Numbered from the stretch's first letter, positions 26,212 to 37,613 are shown. The stretch: DNA of 64,000 bases from an uncultured Planctomycetaceae bacterium (GCA_963813715.1 CAWFAK010000009.1:64001-128000); one strand, 5' to 3'. Numbers and translations: made by a program. The notes: generated from the letters alone by a model not told the origin.

Positions 26212-26997
26212 CCGATGACCTCAAGCCGCGCCTCGAATTCGCACTCGATGTGGCGCAAGGCCGGAGAGCTGATCCTCGGCTACTACCAGTCGAAAGGGCT
26301 GCGGGTCGAGACCAAGAAGGACCACTCGCCGGTGACGGTCGCCGATCGCGAGGCGGAGGCTTTAATCCGCACGAATATCGTCCGCGAGTTCCCCGGCGAT
26401 GGCGCCATGGGCGAAGAGCTGGGCACCTTCCCCAGCTCCAACGGCTTCAATTGGATTCTCGATCCGGTCGACGGCACCAAATCGTTCATTCACGGCGTCC
26501 CGCTGTTCGGCACGCTGATCGGACTGGAATACGAGAAGCGGCTGGTGATCGGCGTCTGCCGCTTTCCCGTCCTCAACGAAGTGGTTTACGCCCAAGAGGG
26601 GGAAGGGGCTTGGTGGCAAAGCGGCAACGGCCACGAGCAGCCGGCCCGCGTGTCCAAGGTGATTCGCCCCTCCGATGCGCTCTTTTGCATCACCACGATC
26701 AGCGGCTTCGAACGGATCGGCCGCTACGAGACCTTCGAGAAGCTGCGCAAATCAGTGAAGCTGACGCGCGGTTGGGGCGATTGCTACGGCCATGCACTCG
26801 TCGCCACCGGCCGGGCCGACATCATGGTCGACCCGTTGATGAATCCGTGGGACGCGGCGCCATTCATTCCCATCATGCAGGAGGCGGGCGGCCATTTTCT
26901 CGACTGGTCAGGTCGGCCCACGATCTATTCGGGCAACGGCGTCTCGGTGAACGACGCCCTCAAAGACACGGTGCTCGACATGCTGCACCCGGACTAG
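26208..26997 (+). CDS. hisN: Inositol monophosphatase family, histidinol-phosphatase-like (frameshift ~26258)
   Basis: SPVTVADR.AE, GEE, WILDPVDGTKSF, WGDCYG and PWDAA; the start VTDDLKPRLEFA is in another frame. Confidence 0.8.
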
Positions 26998-27041
26998 GCG
27001 TAGCTACGCTTGGTCACGCGTTTCTCTTGCCCTACAAAAGC

Positions 27042-28122
27042 TTAGGCCGCCGATCGCAGCGCGGCCGGGGTGCCGGGCAGCACGAACGGGCCGAGGGGTC
27101 CGGCTGCAGCACCGTTCCAGCTGTGAGCGGCCAGCGATTGCAGCACGCGTTCGGCCGCACGCAGCGCGGCGAGCGCCGCCTTGCCGTCGACCAAGGGCGT
27201 CTGCCGAGCGGTCACGCAGTCGGCGAAGCTCGCCAGTTCCGCCGTCAGCGCGTCCGACGTGGGAACGGCCGGGCGCTCGACGCGGAGGTACTCGGTGAAG
27301 ATTTCGGCCTTGAGCCGGTCGATGTCGGCCCCCGGCTGACGGGCCCGGTCGAGCACGCGTTCGCCGCCGAGCAACCGGGCCGTCGGTGCGTAGTGGATCA
27401 CTTCCCGCGACCCAAAATCGACGCTGACGCAGCCCGTCTCGCTCCAGATCTGCATCGCGCGGCGGGTCGTTGGGTTGACGCGGTTGGCCGCCAGGTCGGC
27501 GATGCAACCGTTGGCAAAGGTCAACCGCGCTTGGGCGCAGTCTTCATTCTCGCCCAGGATCGAGAAACCGAATGCCTCGACTTTTTCCAGCGGCGCGCAG
27601 GCCAGGTCGAGCACGAGGTCCAAGTCGTGGATCATCATGTCGAGCACGACGCCGATGTCCGTCGAGCGAAACGCGTAGGGGCTGAAACGCTCACACTGAA
27701 TGTATTTGGGATGTCGAACCAGGCGACGCGCTTCCTGGTACGCCGGGTTGAAGCGTTCGACGTGTCCCACCTGCAGCGTCGTTCCCGTGCGGGCGGCCGC
27801 AGCCACGATCTCTGCCGCCTTGCGCGGCCGTCGACGCCAGCGGCTTTTCGACCAGCGCGGCGATGCCCCGCTCGAAGAACTCGAGCGCGACCGCGTGATG
27901 AGCGAAGGTCGGCACGACGATCGAGACGGCGTCGACCTGGTCGAAGAGTTGGCGGTAGTCGGCGAGCCAGCGGGTTCCGCACGCTTCGGCCACGGCGCGG
28001 CCCCGTTCGGGACTGGTGTCGGCGACGGCAATCAGCTCGGTCGAGGGAAGCTGGGAGTAGATGCGGGCGTGATGCCGCCCGAGCGCCCCCGAACCCACGA
28101 CGCCCACCCGGAGCCGGCTCAT
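27042..28122 (-). CDS. Gfo/Idh/MocA oxidoreductase, GnnA-like (frameshift ~27825)
   Basis: GSGALG.HH, EKP, VGHVERFNP and DVVLDMMIHDLD-type motif; overlaps the lpxA stop codon. Confidence 0.85.
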
Positions 28123-28973
28123 GCAGCCCTCCGATGGAACGACTCAGTGGGCGGCGTGACCTGGTTGCGATAGATTTCGCGGGCCCGGCCCATCTTGCCG
28201 CGCCGCTGCTTCTCCAAAAAGTTGAGCAGCGTCGACAGCTCGAAGGGGAAGATGCCGTCGAGTTGCTCGGCCAGCTCGGCTCGCACGGTGTCGAGCGGCT
28301 TCATGTCGCGATAGAGCAGCCGATGCGCCCGCTTGATGACGTCGATCGACTCGGGCGTGATCCCGGCCCGCCGCATACCGACGATATTAATCGTGTTGAT
28401 CACCGGGTTGTCCGAACCCGAGGCAAGCATGAACGGGGGAATGTCGTGCGGCGCCCGGCAGCCGCCGCTGACGAAGGCGAGCATGCCGACGGTCGAAAAG
28501 TGATGCACCGTGACGTTGCCCGAGAGGATGGCCCCATCGTGCACGTGGACGTGTCCGCCCAGCAGGCAGCCGTTGACCAGGATCACCCGGTTGTTCACGT
28601 GGCAGTTGTGTCCGACGTGGCAGTTGGCCATCAGCAGGTTCTGGTGGCCGACCCGCGTGGTGTGATCTTCCTTCTCGGCGCCGCGATTGACGGTGACGCC
28701 TTCGCGGAAGATGTTTTCGTGGCCGATTTCCAGACGGGTCGGGGCACCCTTGTAGCCGGAATCTTGCGGCTCGCCGCCGATCACCGCGCCGGGGAAGAAG
28801 CGGTTGCGTTCGCCGATCGTCGTGTGGCCGGTGATCGTGACGTTCGATTGCAGCTCGCAGCCGTCGCCGAGCGTCACGTCGGGCCCGATGCAGCAGAACG
28901 GTCCGATTTCGACGTTCTCTCCGATGTGAGCCCGGGGATCGACTTGGGCTAAGTGTGAAATCTTGACGGTCAT
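28119..28973 (-). CDS. lpxA: Acyl-ACP--UDP-GlcNAc acyltransferase
   Basis: Hexapeptide repeats, GGEPQD, FREGVTVNRG, HVGHNC and INIVGMRR. Confidence 0.92.
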   Translation of the reverse strand: MTVKISHLAQVDPRAHIGENVEIGPFCCIGPDVTLGDGCELQSNVTITGHTTIGERNRFFPGAVIGGEPQDSGYKGAPTRLEIGHENIFREGVTVNRGAEKEDHTTRVGHQNLLMANCHVGHNCHVNNRVILVNGCLLGGHVHVHDGAILSGNVTVHHFSTVGMLAFVSGGCRAPHDIPPFMLASGSDNPVINTINIVGMRRAGITPESIDVIKRAHRLLYRDMKPLDTVRAELAEQLDGIFPFELSTLLNFLEKQRRGKMGRAREIYRNQVTPPTESFHRRAA

Positions 28974-29057
28974 GGTCCGCACCCTGACAAAACCGAAGCT
29001 GACAAACCCAACCTGAAAAAAAACCAACGAGGCAAAACGAACTCGACGAAATTCAAT

Positions 29058-29945
29058 TCAGGCCGCCGCGCGGAGGCCGGTGCTCCCTTCGTAGGCCGCT
29101 TGAGCCAAGAGCTGTCGAATGATCTCCCGATTCAGGTGATGCCCTGATCGATACGCGGAAAAGTGACCCTGGATGTCGCACCCCAGCAGGGCGAAATCTC
29201 CCAGGCAGTCGAGAATTTTGTGGCGGGCAAACTCGTCGGCGCTCCGCAGAGCGTTGTCGATGGGGCCGTTCGGCCCGATCACCAGAAGCTCTCTGGGGCT
29301 GGTGCGGGCTCCGTAGCCGGCAGCCCGCAGTTCGTGCGCTTCCCGCTCCAACACGAACGTCCGCGAGAAGGCCAGTTCGCTTTGAAAGCTTTCGGGAGTG
29401 ATCTCGACCGTCAGCTCTTGAGGGGGAATCGGCGAGCGGGGCCCGTAATCGAGATGGTAGGTGATGGCCAGCGTCGGCCGCGCCACGGGCCGATAGGAGA
29501 TTTCGCAGCGATCGCGGCCGCGTCCGGTCACGAGCGAAGCGGGGCCGCTCACGAAGAGCCGCTTGCGGGCCGCCTGCACGGCCGAGCCGGCCGAGAGCAG
29601 CGCCTCGGTGAAGTCCTGCGAGGAGCCGTCCATGCCCGGCGGCTCGGGGGCGTCGAGCTCGACCTGGCAGTTGTCGATCTGCAGCCCAGCCAGGGCGGCC
29701 ATCACGTGCTCGATCATTTCGATCGCCACGCCGTTGCGCTCGATGGCCGTACGACGCTCGCGCGGGGCCGTGAATTCCAGCCGGGCCGGAATGGGGGCGC
29801 TGCCCGCAAGGTCGCTCCGCTGAAACGCGATGCCGTGTCCGGCTTCCGCAGGATGGAAGCGGAGCGTCACATCGCGACCGGTGAGAAATCCGACTCCGCG
29901 GACTTCGACCGGCCTCCGGATCGTCCGCTCGAACCGGCCGTGCAT
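29058..29945 (-). CDS. lpxC: UDP-3-O-acyl-GlcNAc deacetylase
   Basis: EH..AAL.GL.IDN, DGSS, SRTF, HKILD.LGD and SGH motifs. Confidence 0.92.
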   Translation of the reverse strand: MHGRFERTIRRPVEVRGVGFLTGRDVTLRFHPAEAGHGIAFQRSDLAGSAPIPARLEFTAPRERRTAIERNGVAIEMIEHVMAALAGLQIDNCQVELDAPEPPGMDGSSQDFTEALLSAGSAVQAARKRLFVSGPASLVTGRGRDRCEISYRPVARPTLAITYHLDYGPRSPIPPQELTVEITPESFQSELAFSRTFVLEREAHELRAAGYGARTSPRELLVIGPNGPIDNALRSADEFARHKILDCLGDFALLGCDIQGHFSAYRSGHHLNREIIRQLLAQAAYEGSTGLRAAA

Positions 29946-30079
29946 CTCCCGTCCCTAATCAGTCCCGCAAGGATTGAATTGGGAATGCCCGGTCTGCCGG
30001 GCCCGCTCGTCGCGGACCCGGCCACCGCAGTGCAATGGATCAGGCATTCTCCGCCGCCGTTTGACTCACCGCGTAGCGA

Positions 30080-30727
30080 CTACTGGCGAGCCGCGCCGGC
30101 GCCGTCCGCCGCCGGAGCCGCCGTCATCCGCTGGTACTTGCGGTTGAGGAACTCGCAGATGGCATTGGTGATGTCTTCACTGGGGCGGTAGTAGACCACC
30201 TGGCGGTTGAGGCCCCGCATCACGTCCTCGGGATTCTGTTCCGTGCCGAGATCCTCGGCGCTAAACCGCAGGACCAGGGTGATGTGGAAGTGGGTGGCGT
30301 ACTTCTCGACCGCGTCGGAGACCTCCAGATAGATCTGCTTGTAGATCTGGGCCTCTTTGCGGATCAGTTCGCGCTGCTGGCTCTTGCGGAAGGCGTCGGT
30401 CTGCGACGTGTGCGTCAGCAGCGACTTTTCGACGCGGGCGTACTCCTCGCTGCCTTCCTTAAAGCCTTTGAGTTCGACCGTTTCCTTCTTGATGACTTCG
30501 GCCATGGCCTTGAAGCGGTCTTCCGACTTGGTGAGCTCGCCTTTGAGATCCTCCCGGAGGGCCTCGAACTTCTTGTACTGCTTGAAGACGCGGGCCATGT
30601 CGATCAGCGCGATCTTGTGCGGCTCATCGGTGGCCGGGGCCGCGGCACCGTCGCCACGCACCACGGCCGACGGAACGAGGCCGGCGAACAGCGCAAACAT
30701 AGCGGCATTGATGACGAGTTTTTTCAC
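30080..30727 (-). CDS. skp: Skp/OmpH outer-membrane protein chaperone
   Basis: Signal peptide, KIALIDM..VF, long coiled coil and terminal DIT; lpx gene context. Confidence 0.85.
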   Translation of the reverse strand: MKKLVINAAMFALFAGLVPSAVVRGDGAAAPATDEPHKIALIDMARVFKQYKKFEALREDLKGELTKSEDRFKAMAEVIKKETVELKGFKEGSEEYARVEKSLLTHTSQTDAFRKSQQRELIRKEAQIYKQIYLEVSDAVEKYATHFHITLVLRFSAEDLGTEQNPEDVMRGLNRQVVYYRPSEDITNAICEFLNRKYQRMTAAPAADGAGAARQ

Positions 30728-31021
30728 GGCCTCTGCACTCCTTTGCCTGCCGAAAAGCCCCGATCCTGGGGGCCAATGCGAGCGACGGGGTTAGATTTTC
30801 TTGAAATGCTGAACAGACGTCTTCAGCGCGTCGGCGGAGAATCCGACGAGGGGGGAATTTTGCAAACTGCCCCGATCTCGTCAAGATGAAGTGGGCAGGG
30901 ACGGTTCGGAGGATGCTGGAAGGTGGACGCCGGCTGTCCGGAGGGCGTCGGGCGTACGTCGCAAATCGCTTGTCCGCTAAGGCAATTCGCGACTTTTTTG
31001 GGAATTTGCGGCTTTTCCTCG

Positions 31022-31050
31022 TTGACAAACTGAAAGGCCAAGTGTGAGAT
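31022..31050 (+). promoter_or_regulatory. Putative sigma70 promoter upstream of the DUF1559 gene
   Basis: TTGACA, 17 nt, TGAGAT in an AT-rich divergent intergenic region. Confidence 0.4.
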
Positions 31051-31272
31051 GGCATCTGAACCAATCCGTGTCAAATCGCACATTTTCAGGCCATTTCCAA
31101 GCTGCTTCGGAACTCTTTTTCATCATTCTGTTTACTGCCGGTAAGTCGCCGGTAACAACAAGCAGCGGCGGAACTTACTGGAAAGTCGATTGACGCGTGG
31201 GTTCTTTTACGGGACGGTTCGTTGCCGGCCCAAGTATTTCCACGTCGTTTTCTGAAAAGAGAAGGTGTACGC

Positions 31273-32397
31273 ATGACGAGACGAAAGAAGGGGTTCACGC
31301 TCATTGAGCTGTTGGTCGTGATCGCCATCATCGCGATCCTGATCGCGCTGTTGCTGCCGGCCGTGCAAGCGGCTCGCGAAGCGGCCCGCCGGACCGAGTG
31401 CAAAAACCACATGAAGCAGCTCGCGTTGGCGTGCCACAACTATCACGACACCAACTTCATCTTCCCCTGCGGCTGGATGGCTGAAAACCAGGCTTCGTGG
31501 GGCATGCTGCTGCTGCCGTACATGGAATTCCGTCCGATTTACGACCTCGTGAATTTCAACGTGCTGATGTCGGATGCGACCGGCCAAGCTCCGAACCGTA
31601 ACCTCGACCAGATCGCGTTGCCACTGAACCTGTTCAAGTGCCCGTCGTCGGGCGACGTGAACTTGTCGTCTAACAACCGTTGCGCCGGTGGTGGTTCGAC
31701 GGTCAGTCTCTTCGGCGCCGCTGGCGATATGGCCGATTCCTCGGTCACCCGCGCCGTCTCCAACTACCTGGCAAACTCCGGCATGCCGAACCTGGCCGCC
31801 ACACCTCCTCTGCCCGGTCTGTCGGACGGTATCGGCGTCTACACCCCGACTCTGGGGAACGTCAATCAAGTCAACCAGAATACCAATCCTCCGGTTGACA
31901 ATGGCGGCGTTATGTTCCAGGACAGCCGCATTCGTATCGCCGACATCACGGACGGCACGTCGAACACCGCTCTCTTGTGCGAGCACAAGGGTGCCACCTG
32001 CTCGACGGGTTCGACCAACACGATCTGCACCGAGGCCTCCGGCACGACCTGCTACGCTTACTGGGCCAGTGCTGACGCAGCGGCCGGCAGCGAGACCTCG
32101 GGCAACACCGTTGCCTCCGACGTCTGCTTCACTCCGCTCTTCGGTATCAACGGTAGCGGTCTCGGCTGGACCGGTGCGGCTACCGTCGCGCCGGTTCCGA
32201 ACGTGATCTACCGCGTCGGTTACCCCGGCGACATCAGCTCGCAACACGAGGCGGGCGCCCAGATCGCGTTGTCGGACGGCTCGGTCCGTTACGTCAGCCA
32301 GAGCATCCAGGCCATCGGCAGCGCTTCCGCTCTGCCCGTCCTGTACCTGCTCTGCAACCGGTCGGACCTCCAAGTCTTCTCCTTGCCGCAACAGTAA
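31273..32397 (+). CDS. DUF1559 prepilin-type N-terminal cleavage/methylation protein
   Basis: [42 protein letters not shown] and H-X9-DG ([12 protein letters not shown]). Confidence 0.95.
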   Translation: MTRRKKGFTLIELLVVIAIIAILIALLLPAVQAAREAARRTECKNHMKQLALACHNYHDTNFIFPCGWMAENQASWGMLLLPYMEFRPIYDLVNFNVLMSDATGQAPNRNLDQIALPLNLFKCPSSGDVNLSSNNRCAGGGSTVSLFGAAGDMADSSVTRAVSNYLANSGMPNLAATPPLPGLSDGIGVYTPTLGNVNQVNQNTNPPVDNGGVMFQDSRIRIADITDGTSNTALLCEHKGATCSTGSTNTICTEASGTTCYAYWASADAAAGSETSGNTVASDVCFTPLFGINGSGLGWTGAATVAPVPNVIYRVGYPGDISSQHEAGAQIALSDGSVRYVSQSIQAIGSASALPVLYLLCNRSDLQVFSLPQQ

Positions 32398-32442
32398 GCG
32401 GCAGCGCGACGACCTTGGTCTGATGTTCGTTTGAATTCGATC

Positions 32443-32474
32443 GCGACCGCCCCTCACGGGGCGGTCGCTTTTTT
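32443..32474 (+). terminator. Rho-independent terminator
   Basis: GCGACCGCCCC-TCAC-GGGGCGGTCGC followed by T6. Confidence 0.9.
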
Positions 32475-32613
32475 GCGCAATGTCGATCGACCGCAGGTTC
32501 CTGCAATGCACAGTCGGGACGGACGTCTCTCTCGAGCGCGTTTCTCGACGACCTCAGATGCCGATTGTCGCCGAGGCAAATCACGCTCGGTATTCAGCCC
32601 AACCGAGGGCGGC

Positions 32614-33483
32614 TCACGGCAGCCAGAGGGCGCTCGGCGGCTGGGGCTCGTGGCTCTCGCAGGCCAGGCGGCGGGCCTTGATGCGGACGTAGGGAGGCAC
32701 ATAGCGGGCGCGGTGGCCGATCTCGCCAACCGCGGCCTGGTCGTCGGCCCGCGACGGTTCGACCAGGTCCTCGATCGCGAACCCGGCCTGGCACAGCCCG
32801 CCCACGAGCGCGCTCCACGTGTGCAAGAACTCCACGGCCCCGCTTTCGCGGTACGAGCGATCGGGCACGACCGGCAGCGGACCGTCCTGGGCGTACTCGA
32901 GGCCCAACACGTAACGATCCTTGGCGTCCCGATGAGTGACCTGCAGGCTGGCCGGCTGCTTGTGTTGGCTCACATACAGGCCGCCGGCACGCAGCACGCG
33001 GGCCACCTCGCGGTAGACGGCCGTCACGTCCGGGACATAGCACGTGCTCACCGGCTGATGCACGATGTCGAAGGACGCCGCGCCGAGCGGCGCCAGGTCG
33101 TCCATCGACGCCTCGACGAGCCGCACACTGAGCCCGCGCCGGGCGGCCTCGCGCTCGTCGAGCTGCAGCATCGACGGGCTGATGTCGGCCACCGTGACCC
33201 GTGCGCCGGCCGCCGCGTACAAAATGGCCTGCCAGCCGCCAGCGGAGGCCAGGCACAAGACGTCGAGCCCGTCGACCGATCGGGGCAGCCAGCCGCGGCC
33301 GTCGAGCGTACCCAGCGGATCGCGGCACTCCTCGTCGGTGGCGACCTTGGCAAACACGCTGCCCGACTCGGCCAGCCGATTCCAGGCCGCGCGGTTTTGC
33401 GCCCGTGACGCGGCTCTGGCGGCGCTGCCGTCACCGCCATCACTGTGGCCGAGGGACTCAAGCTCTCGGGGCGACAAGTCCAC
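32614..33483 (-). CDS. Class I SAM-dependent methyltransferase
   Basis: VLCLASAGG motif I variant, VTVADIS, FDIV and ARVLRAGG. Confidence 0.85.
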   Translation of the reverse strand: MDLSPRELESLGHSDGGDGSAARAASRAQNRAAWNRLAESGSVFAKVATDEECRDPLGTLDGRGWLPRSVDGLDVLCLASAGGWQAILYAAAGARVTVADISPSMLQLDEREAARRGLSVRLVEASMDDLAPLGAASFDIVHQPVSTCYVPDVTAVYREVARVLRAGGLYVSQHKQPASLQVTHRDAKDRYVLGLEYAQDGPLPVVPDRSYRESGAVEFLHTWSALVGGLCQAGFAIEDLVEPSRADDQAAVGEIGHRARYVPPYVRIKARRLACESHEPQPPSALWLP

Positions 33484-33535
33484 CTCTGGGCAAAGATTTC
33501 GCGCGGCGGCTCAAAGGCGCCGGCCCGCGCACGAA

Positions 33536-34770
33536 TCAGCTCTGGGCGGCTTGAGACGACGGGCGCTTACTGGACTGCCCGACGAGAGCCGAAGTAAAGC
33601 CGATCAGATCCCCTTTTTCCCGGGCCGCGTCGCGGAACAAGTCGAGCCGGCCCGCCTCCTCGCACAGCTGTGCGAAAGAAAAACCGCTCGACTCATCCAG
33701 GTCGCGCAAATGTTCGGCCGCGACCAGCACCGCGTCCCCGAACGCCCCGCCGCGGACGAGCAGATCGACCAGCACGTAAGCGATCAGCCGGCGGTCGTCT
33801 GTTTCGGCGCTGCGGTGAGCCGCTCGCGGAAATAGTCGAGCGAGGCCGCCCGGTCCACGCCTGCCAGCACGCGGAAGAAGTGCCGATGGGCCTCGTAGTA
33901 ATCGTCAAAGGGCGGATCGGACGGATAGTGAAATTGCCGCGAAAGCCGCCGCCCGTATTCGCAGAGCTCAATGGCCTTGGCCAGTTGCGGGCTCTCGGGC
34001 GTGAGGAAACGGGCAAAGCGAACGACGGACGCCAGGTGCGACACGTCGACGTGGTAATTGCCCTCCTCGAACAGCCAATCGCGATCGGCAATCGCCTCGA
34101 GCAGCGACTGCGGCTGAGCCGCGCCTGTCGCTGCCCTGGCCGACGCTGTCGCGGCGTCCGTCGAAGAATTCTCGGCAGCGCGGCGTTCGATGTCCCGGCA
34201 GACCGAGCTCAACAGTTCGTCGTACAGGTGGCTCACCAACAGCTCGGCCCCGCGGAGCCGCTCGTCCGACGAGATTTGGGCGATCGCCTGGTCGAAGGCC
34301 GTGATCGTGTTGCAGGTGCCGCGCGACTTGAGCATCAGCTCGAGCCCCTTCACGGGATGAGCTTTCTCATAGAGGGCGACCGAAATCAGGTCGTCGATAT
34401 TTTCCGGCAGGCCGTTGTTGGCGTCGATCTTCTCGAGCGCCTGGGCCACGACCTGCGGCTCGCGCACGGTCCGCAGGTACATCCAGGCTTGGGGAATGTT
34501 GTTTTCGTCGAGGAAGGCGCGGCCGACCCGGCGGGCGGCCTCGATATAGGCTTCCTCGAATTCCTGCTGGCGGTCTTCGGGAACCTGGTCGAACGACGAG
34601 GGCCGAGCGGTCGGCAGCCCCATCGCGAGTTTTTTCTTGAGCAGGAGCGCGTCGAACAGCCGGTGCCAGTCGTGGCCGGCCTCGAACGTGCGGACCAGCT
34701 CGTCGACGGCGGCCGCCGGTCCGTGGGAGCGGTTGGCTTCGTCGATCTTGGCGAATTCGGAATCGCTCAT
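33536..34770 (-). CDS. Alpha-helical hypothetical protein (frameshift ~33790)
   Basis: Protein-like helical ORF (YHVDVSHLASVVRFAR) whose C-terminus is in the 33536..33775 frame. Confidence 0.7.
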
Positions 34771-34824
34771 GCCGGTCACAACCGCTTTCAAAGCCGAGCC
34801 TTCACTAGCGAGCTCAGAGCCAGC

Positions 34825-35373
34825 TCAGTGACAACAGCCGTTCGAGCCGCCACCCGAGCCGCATCCCCCCGAACCGCAGCCGTGTCCGCTCTCCGCCGGC
34901 ACCAGGCCGTCGGCCCCGACCGATTGCACTTCGACGACGCCCAGTCCGGCGGCCGCCGCCTGCAGCGCAAGCCGCGTGCACTCCGGTCCCCGCTCGTTGA
35001 GCACGTAGAGAATCAGTTTGGAGCGATCGAGAGTCCATTCGAGATCGATCAATTCCAGCTGCAGCTTCCACTCGCGAATGCGAGCCTGCCAGCCGGCGAA
35101 TTGCGATTCGCAGTCGGACCGGAGCGACTGCCCGGCGCGACGATCGTCGTCGCTCAGCGGCCGGAGGATGCGGGCCAGCTCCGCTTCGTCACTCTCGGGG
35201 GCGAACGAACCATTGATCTCAGCCGGGGCGTCTTCCAGGAGCAGCCCCGTTTCCAGCCCGCGATGGCTCTGCACGACCACTTCGGTCCCGCGACCGAGCG
35301 TGCTTCCGCTGGCGTTGACGAACCGGGAGACTTCAGAAATCGCGCCGTATCGAACGAGGACCGTTTTGCTCAT
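34825..35373 (-). CDS. PSP1/RicT(YaaT)-like domain protein with a Cys/Gly tail
   Basis: RG..VVV...RGLE.G, ILR and L.LID.E...D...LILY pattern; tail GCGSGGCGSGGGSNGCCH. Confidence 0.7.
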   Translation of the reverse strand: MSKTVLVRYGAISEVSRFVNASGSTLGRGTEVVVQSHRGLETGLLLEDAPAEINGSFAPESDEAELARILRPLSDDDRRAGQSLRSDCESQFAGWQARIREWKLQLELIDLEWTLDRSKLILYVLNERGPECTRLALQAAAAGLGVVEVQSVGADGLVPAESGHGCGSGGCGSGGGSNGCCH

Positions 35374-35436
35374 GACGCCCGTTTGCTGTCCGCCGGTTGA
35401 CCACCGGGCTAATTGCCACCGTAGATCACCGCTTGG

Positions 35437-37493
35437 CTATTCGCCGCCCGATGCTTCGCCGCTCTCGGTGGCCTGGTCAGTCGATTGCTCAACCTGCACC
35501 AAGGGTTCCACGTCGCCGCGGACGAAACGCCCCATCAGGCTCTCGTACATTGTATGCTGACCCAGAACGGAGCGGGGCTCAAGGGCGGGGAGCAAACTGC
35601 GATAATACATCCACTTGAGCGGGCCGACTTCCAACAGATAACCGGCCGCTTCGCCCGAAGGTACAGGCGCCCCGGCATACGCCACCGTCAGCCGCCGCCA
35701 GGCCGCCGGACTGCGACGCCGTCGCGGATTCCAGTCGATCACCAAGGGCGCATAGAGGCCGCCGACTCCGGTTTGCGACAGCTCCATGCGGCCGTCGACG
35801 CCGATCAAGTGCCCGGAGACGCCCTCCACACGTGAACAGTTGAGACCCAGCGGAAAGGCCCGCGCCGTGCGCCCGCCAAACACCAGCCGCGACTCGCGGG
35901 TGCGGGTTTGGGCGATGAGTGCGGCATCGGGCGCCAGCGTCCAGCGGGTCGTGCTTTCCAGCTTGGCGGCGCTGCCCACAGTCTCGGGGTCCGCCACCAC
36001 GACGTCGGCCAAGAGCGCGAAATCGTCGGTTCGGGAGAGGAATATCTGCCGCTCGATCCGCAGGCCGTCGGGACGCGATTGCAGCTCGAAGTAATCTCCG
36101 TCGTCGTCAGTTTGCCAGCAAACGCACGACCAGTCGGCCGGCTCCACAGTCCGACCGTCAAGCCGCACCTCGATCTCCCAATCGCCGGCGAAGAGCGTCG
36201 TGCCACCGACCGCCATCTCGAGCGTCGGATAACGCCCGTGGTGGGCGACGACGACCGAACTCGCGCTTCGCGACCAACCGTCGCGGAGGCAGGCCAGGCG
36301 GCTCTCGTCGGACTGAAAGACGGGCCACGGGGCACCTTTCGGCAGATGGCCGTTCGACTCGCGCCCGTTTCGCCTACGGCCGTTGCGGGCGGCTCCATTT
36401 CGCCGCGAGGCGCGGCGTGTCGTCCCGCCGCGATTCGCGCTACCATTGGCGCCGTCGGCTAGCGATCGCAAGTAACTGGCGGCCGGGGAGACCTGCTGAC
36501 CGCGAGGGGGCAACGCGCTGGCAGCCGCCGACCAGACTTGCGCCACCCCGTTGACCTCGCCACCGACGAGTGCGGGCCGGCCATCTTCTCGACAGAGCTT
36601 GGCGACCGCCGTCACCACGCCCCGCAACCGCTTTTCCTGCGACGCACCAAATAGCGGCCGGCCGAAATGTCTTCCCCATTCCCGCGCCCGCACGAGCGAC
36701 GTCATCCAACTGGGCAAATCGGCAAGCGCCCTGGCCACGGGAACGCCGGCGGCGTCGCTGGCGTCGGCGATCAACTGCCCGAATGCGGTGCGCCCCGCGT
36801 CGCGAAGCGAGCTCGAACCGGCAACCGGGGCGAACAACAATCCCGCCTGCCAGGACAATTCGGCCTCCCGGGCAATCGCCGCGAGATGCGTGCGGGCAGT
36901 GGGCGGTTCGTCGCCGACGGACGGAGCGGCTTTGGAGAAGCGGGCGAGGCAGATTTCCAAAATGGCCCGCCACAACCGGGCTGCTTGCTCGAGCGATAGC
37001 TCTTGGGCCGCATCGCGGAGAATTTCCAGCAGCATGAGCAGCTCGAGCGGCTGGACCGGGTCCGTCTCGTCGCGGGCAGCCAGCCAAACGTCGAGTGCCG
37101 CGCTCAATTGGGCGGTCGGCGGAGCCTGCTTCCGGGCGACTGCCGCAGTTCGCACGCGGCGAGCACTTTTTCGCTTGGATCGCCCAGCGGCGGACGTGGC
37201 TGAATGCGCAGCGAAAGGCCTTCCAGGCCGCCACCAGCCCGGCACGCGCGGGGCGGGCACTCGAGGTCGTGCAGCGACCAGAGCGCGAGCTTGCCGAGCG
37301 TCTGCGTCGGACCTCGCCGTCGATTTCGCGCTGCTGAACTGTGCGAGGAGCAGGCGGACGGCGCGCTGCCAGTCGCCCGCTTGCGCTCTCGCCGCAGGGC
37401 CTTCGGGGCAGCCGGGTCCCAATCGATCCGGCGGAAGAAGTCCGCGTCGTCCGCGAGCGGATTCGATTCAGTAGCCGGCCCGAACGCGATCAA
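35437..37493 (-). CDS. Large hypothetical protein (start uncertain, probable N-terminal frameshift)
   Basis: Long ORF with a helical N-part and a beta-rich C-part (WSCVCW..DDDGDY.ELQ, IERQIFL, WRRLTV). Confidence 0.65.
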
Positions 37494-37613
37494 TCTCCGA
37501 CCTCAACGCGAGCGTGCACAGGGATGGACCCGCACCAGATTAGCCGATCGGACGTCGATTGAAAACGCGCCGCGAGAGAGTCGCGGCGAGGTGCCCGCAT
37601 ACGCGGACGTTCG

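Noticed and set aside
25980..28952. 990-aa plus-strand ORF and other long antisense ORFs (e.g. 21531, 33670, 54990, 60327)
   Set aside because: These are shadow frames of real genes, expected in high-GC DNA, and carry no domain motifs
31273..32397. DUF1559 gene as a novel pilus system
   Set aside because: This is a very large known planctomycete paralogue family, and the gene is monocistronic here
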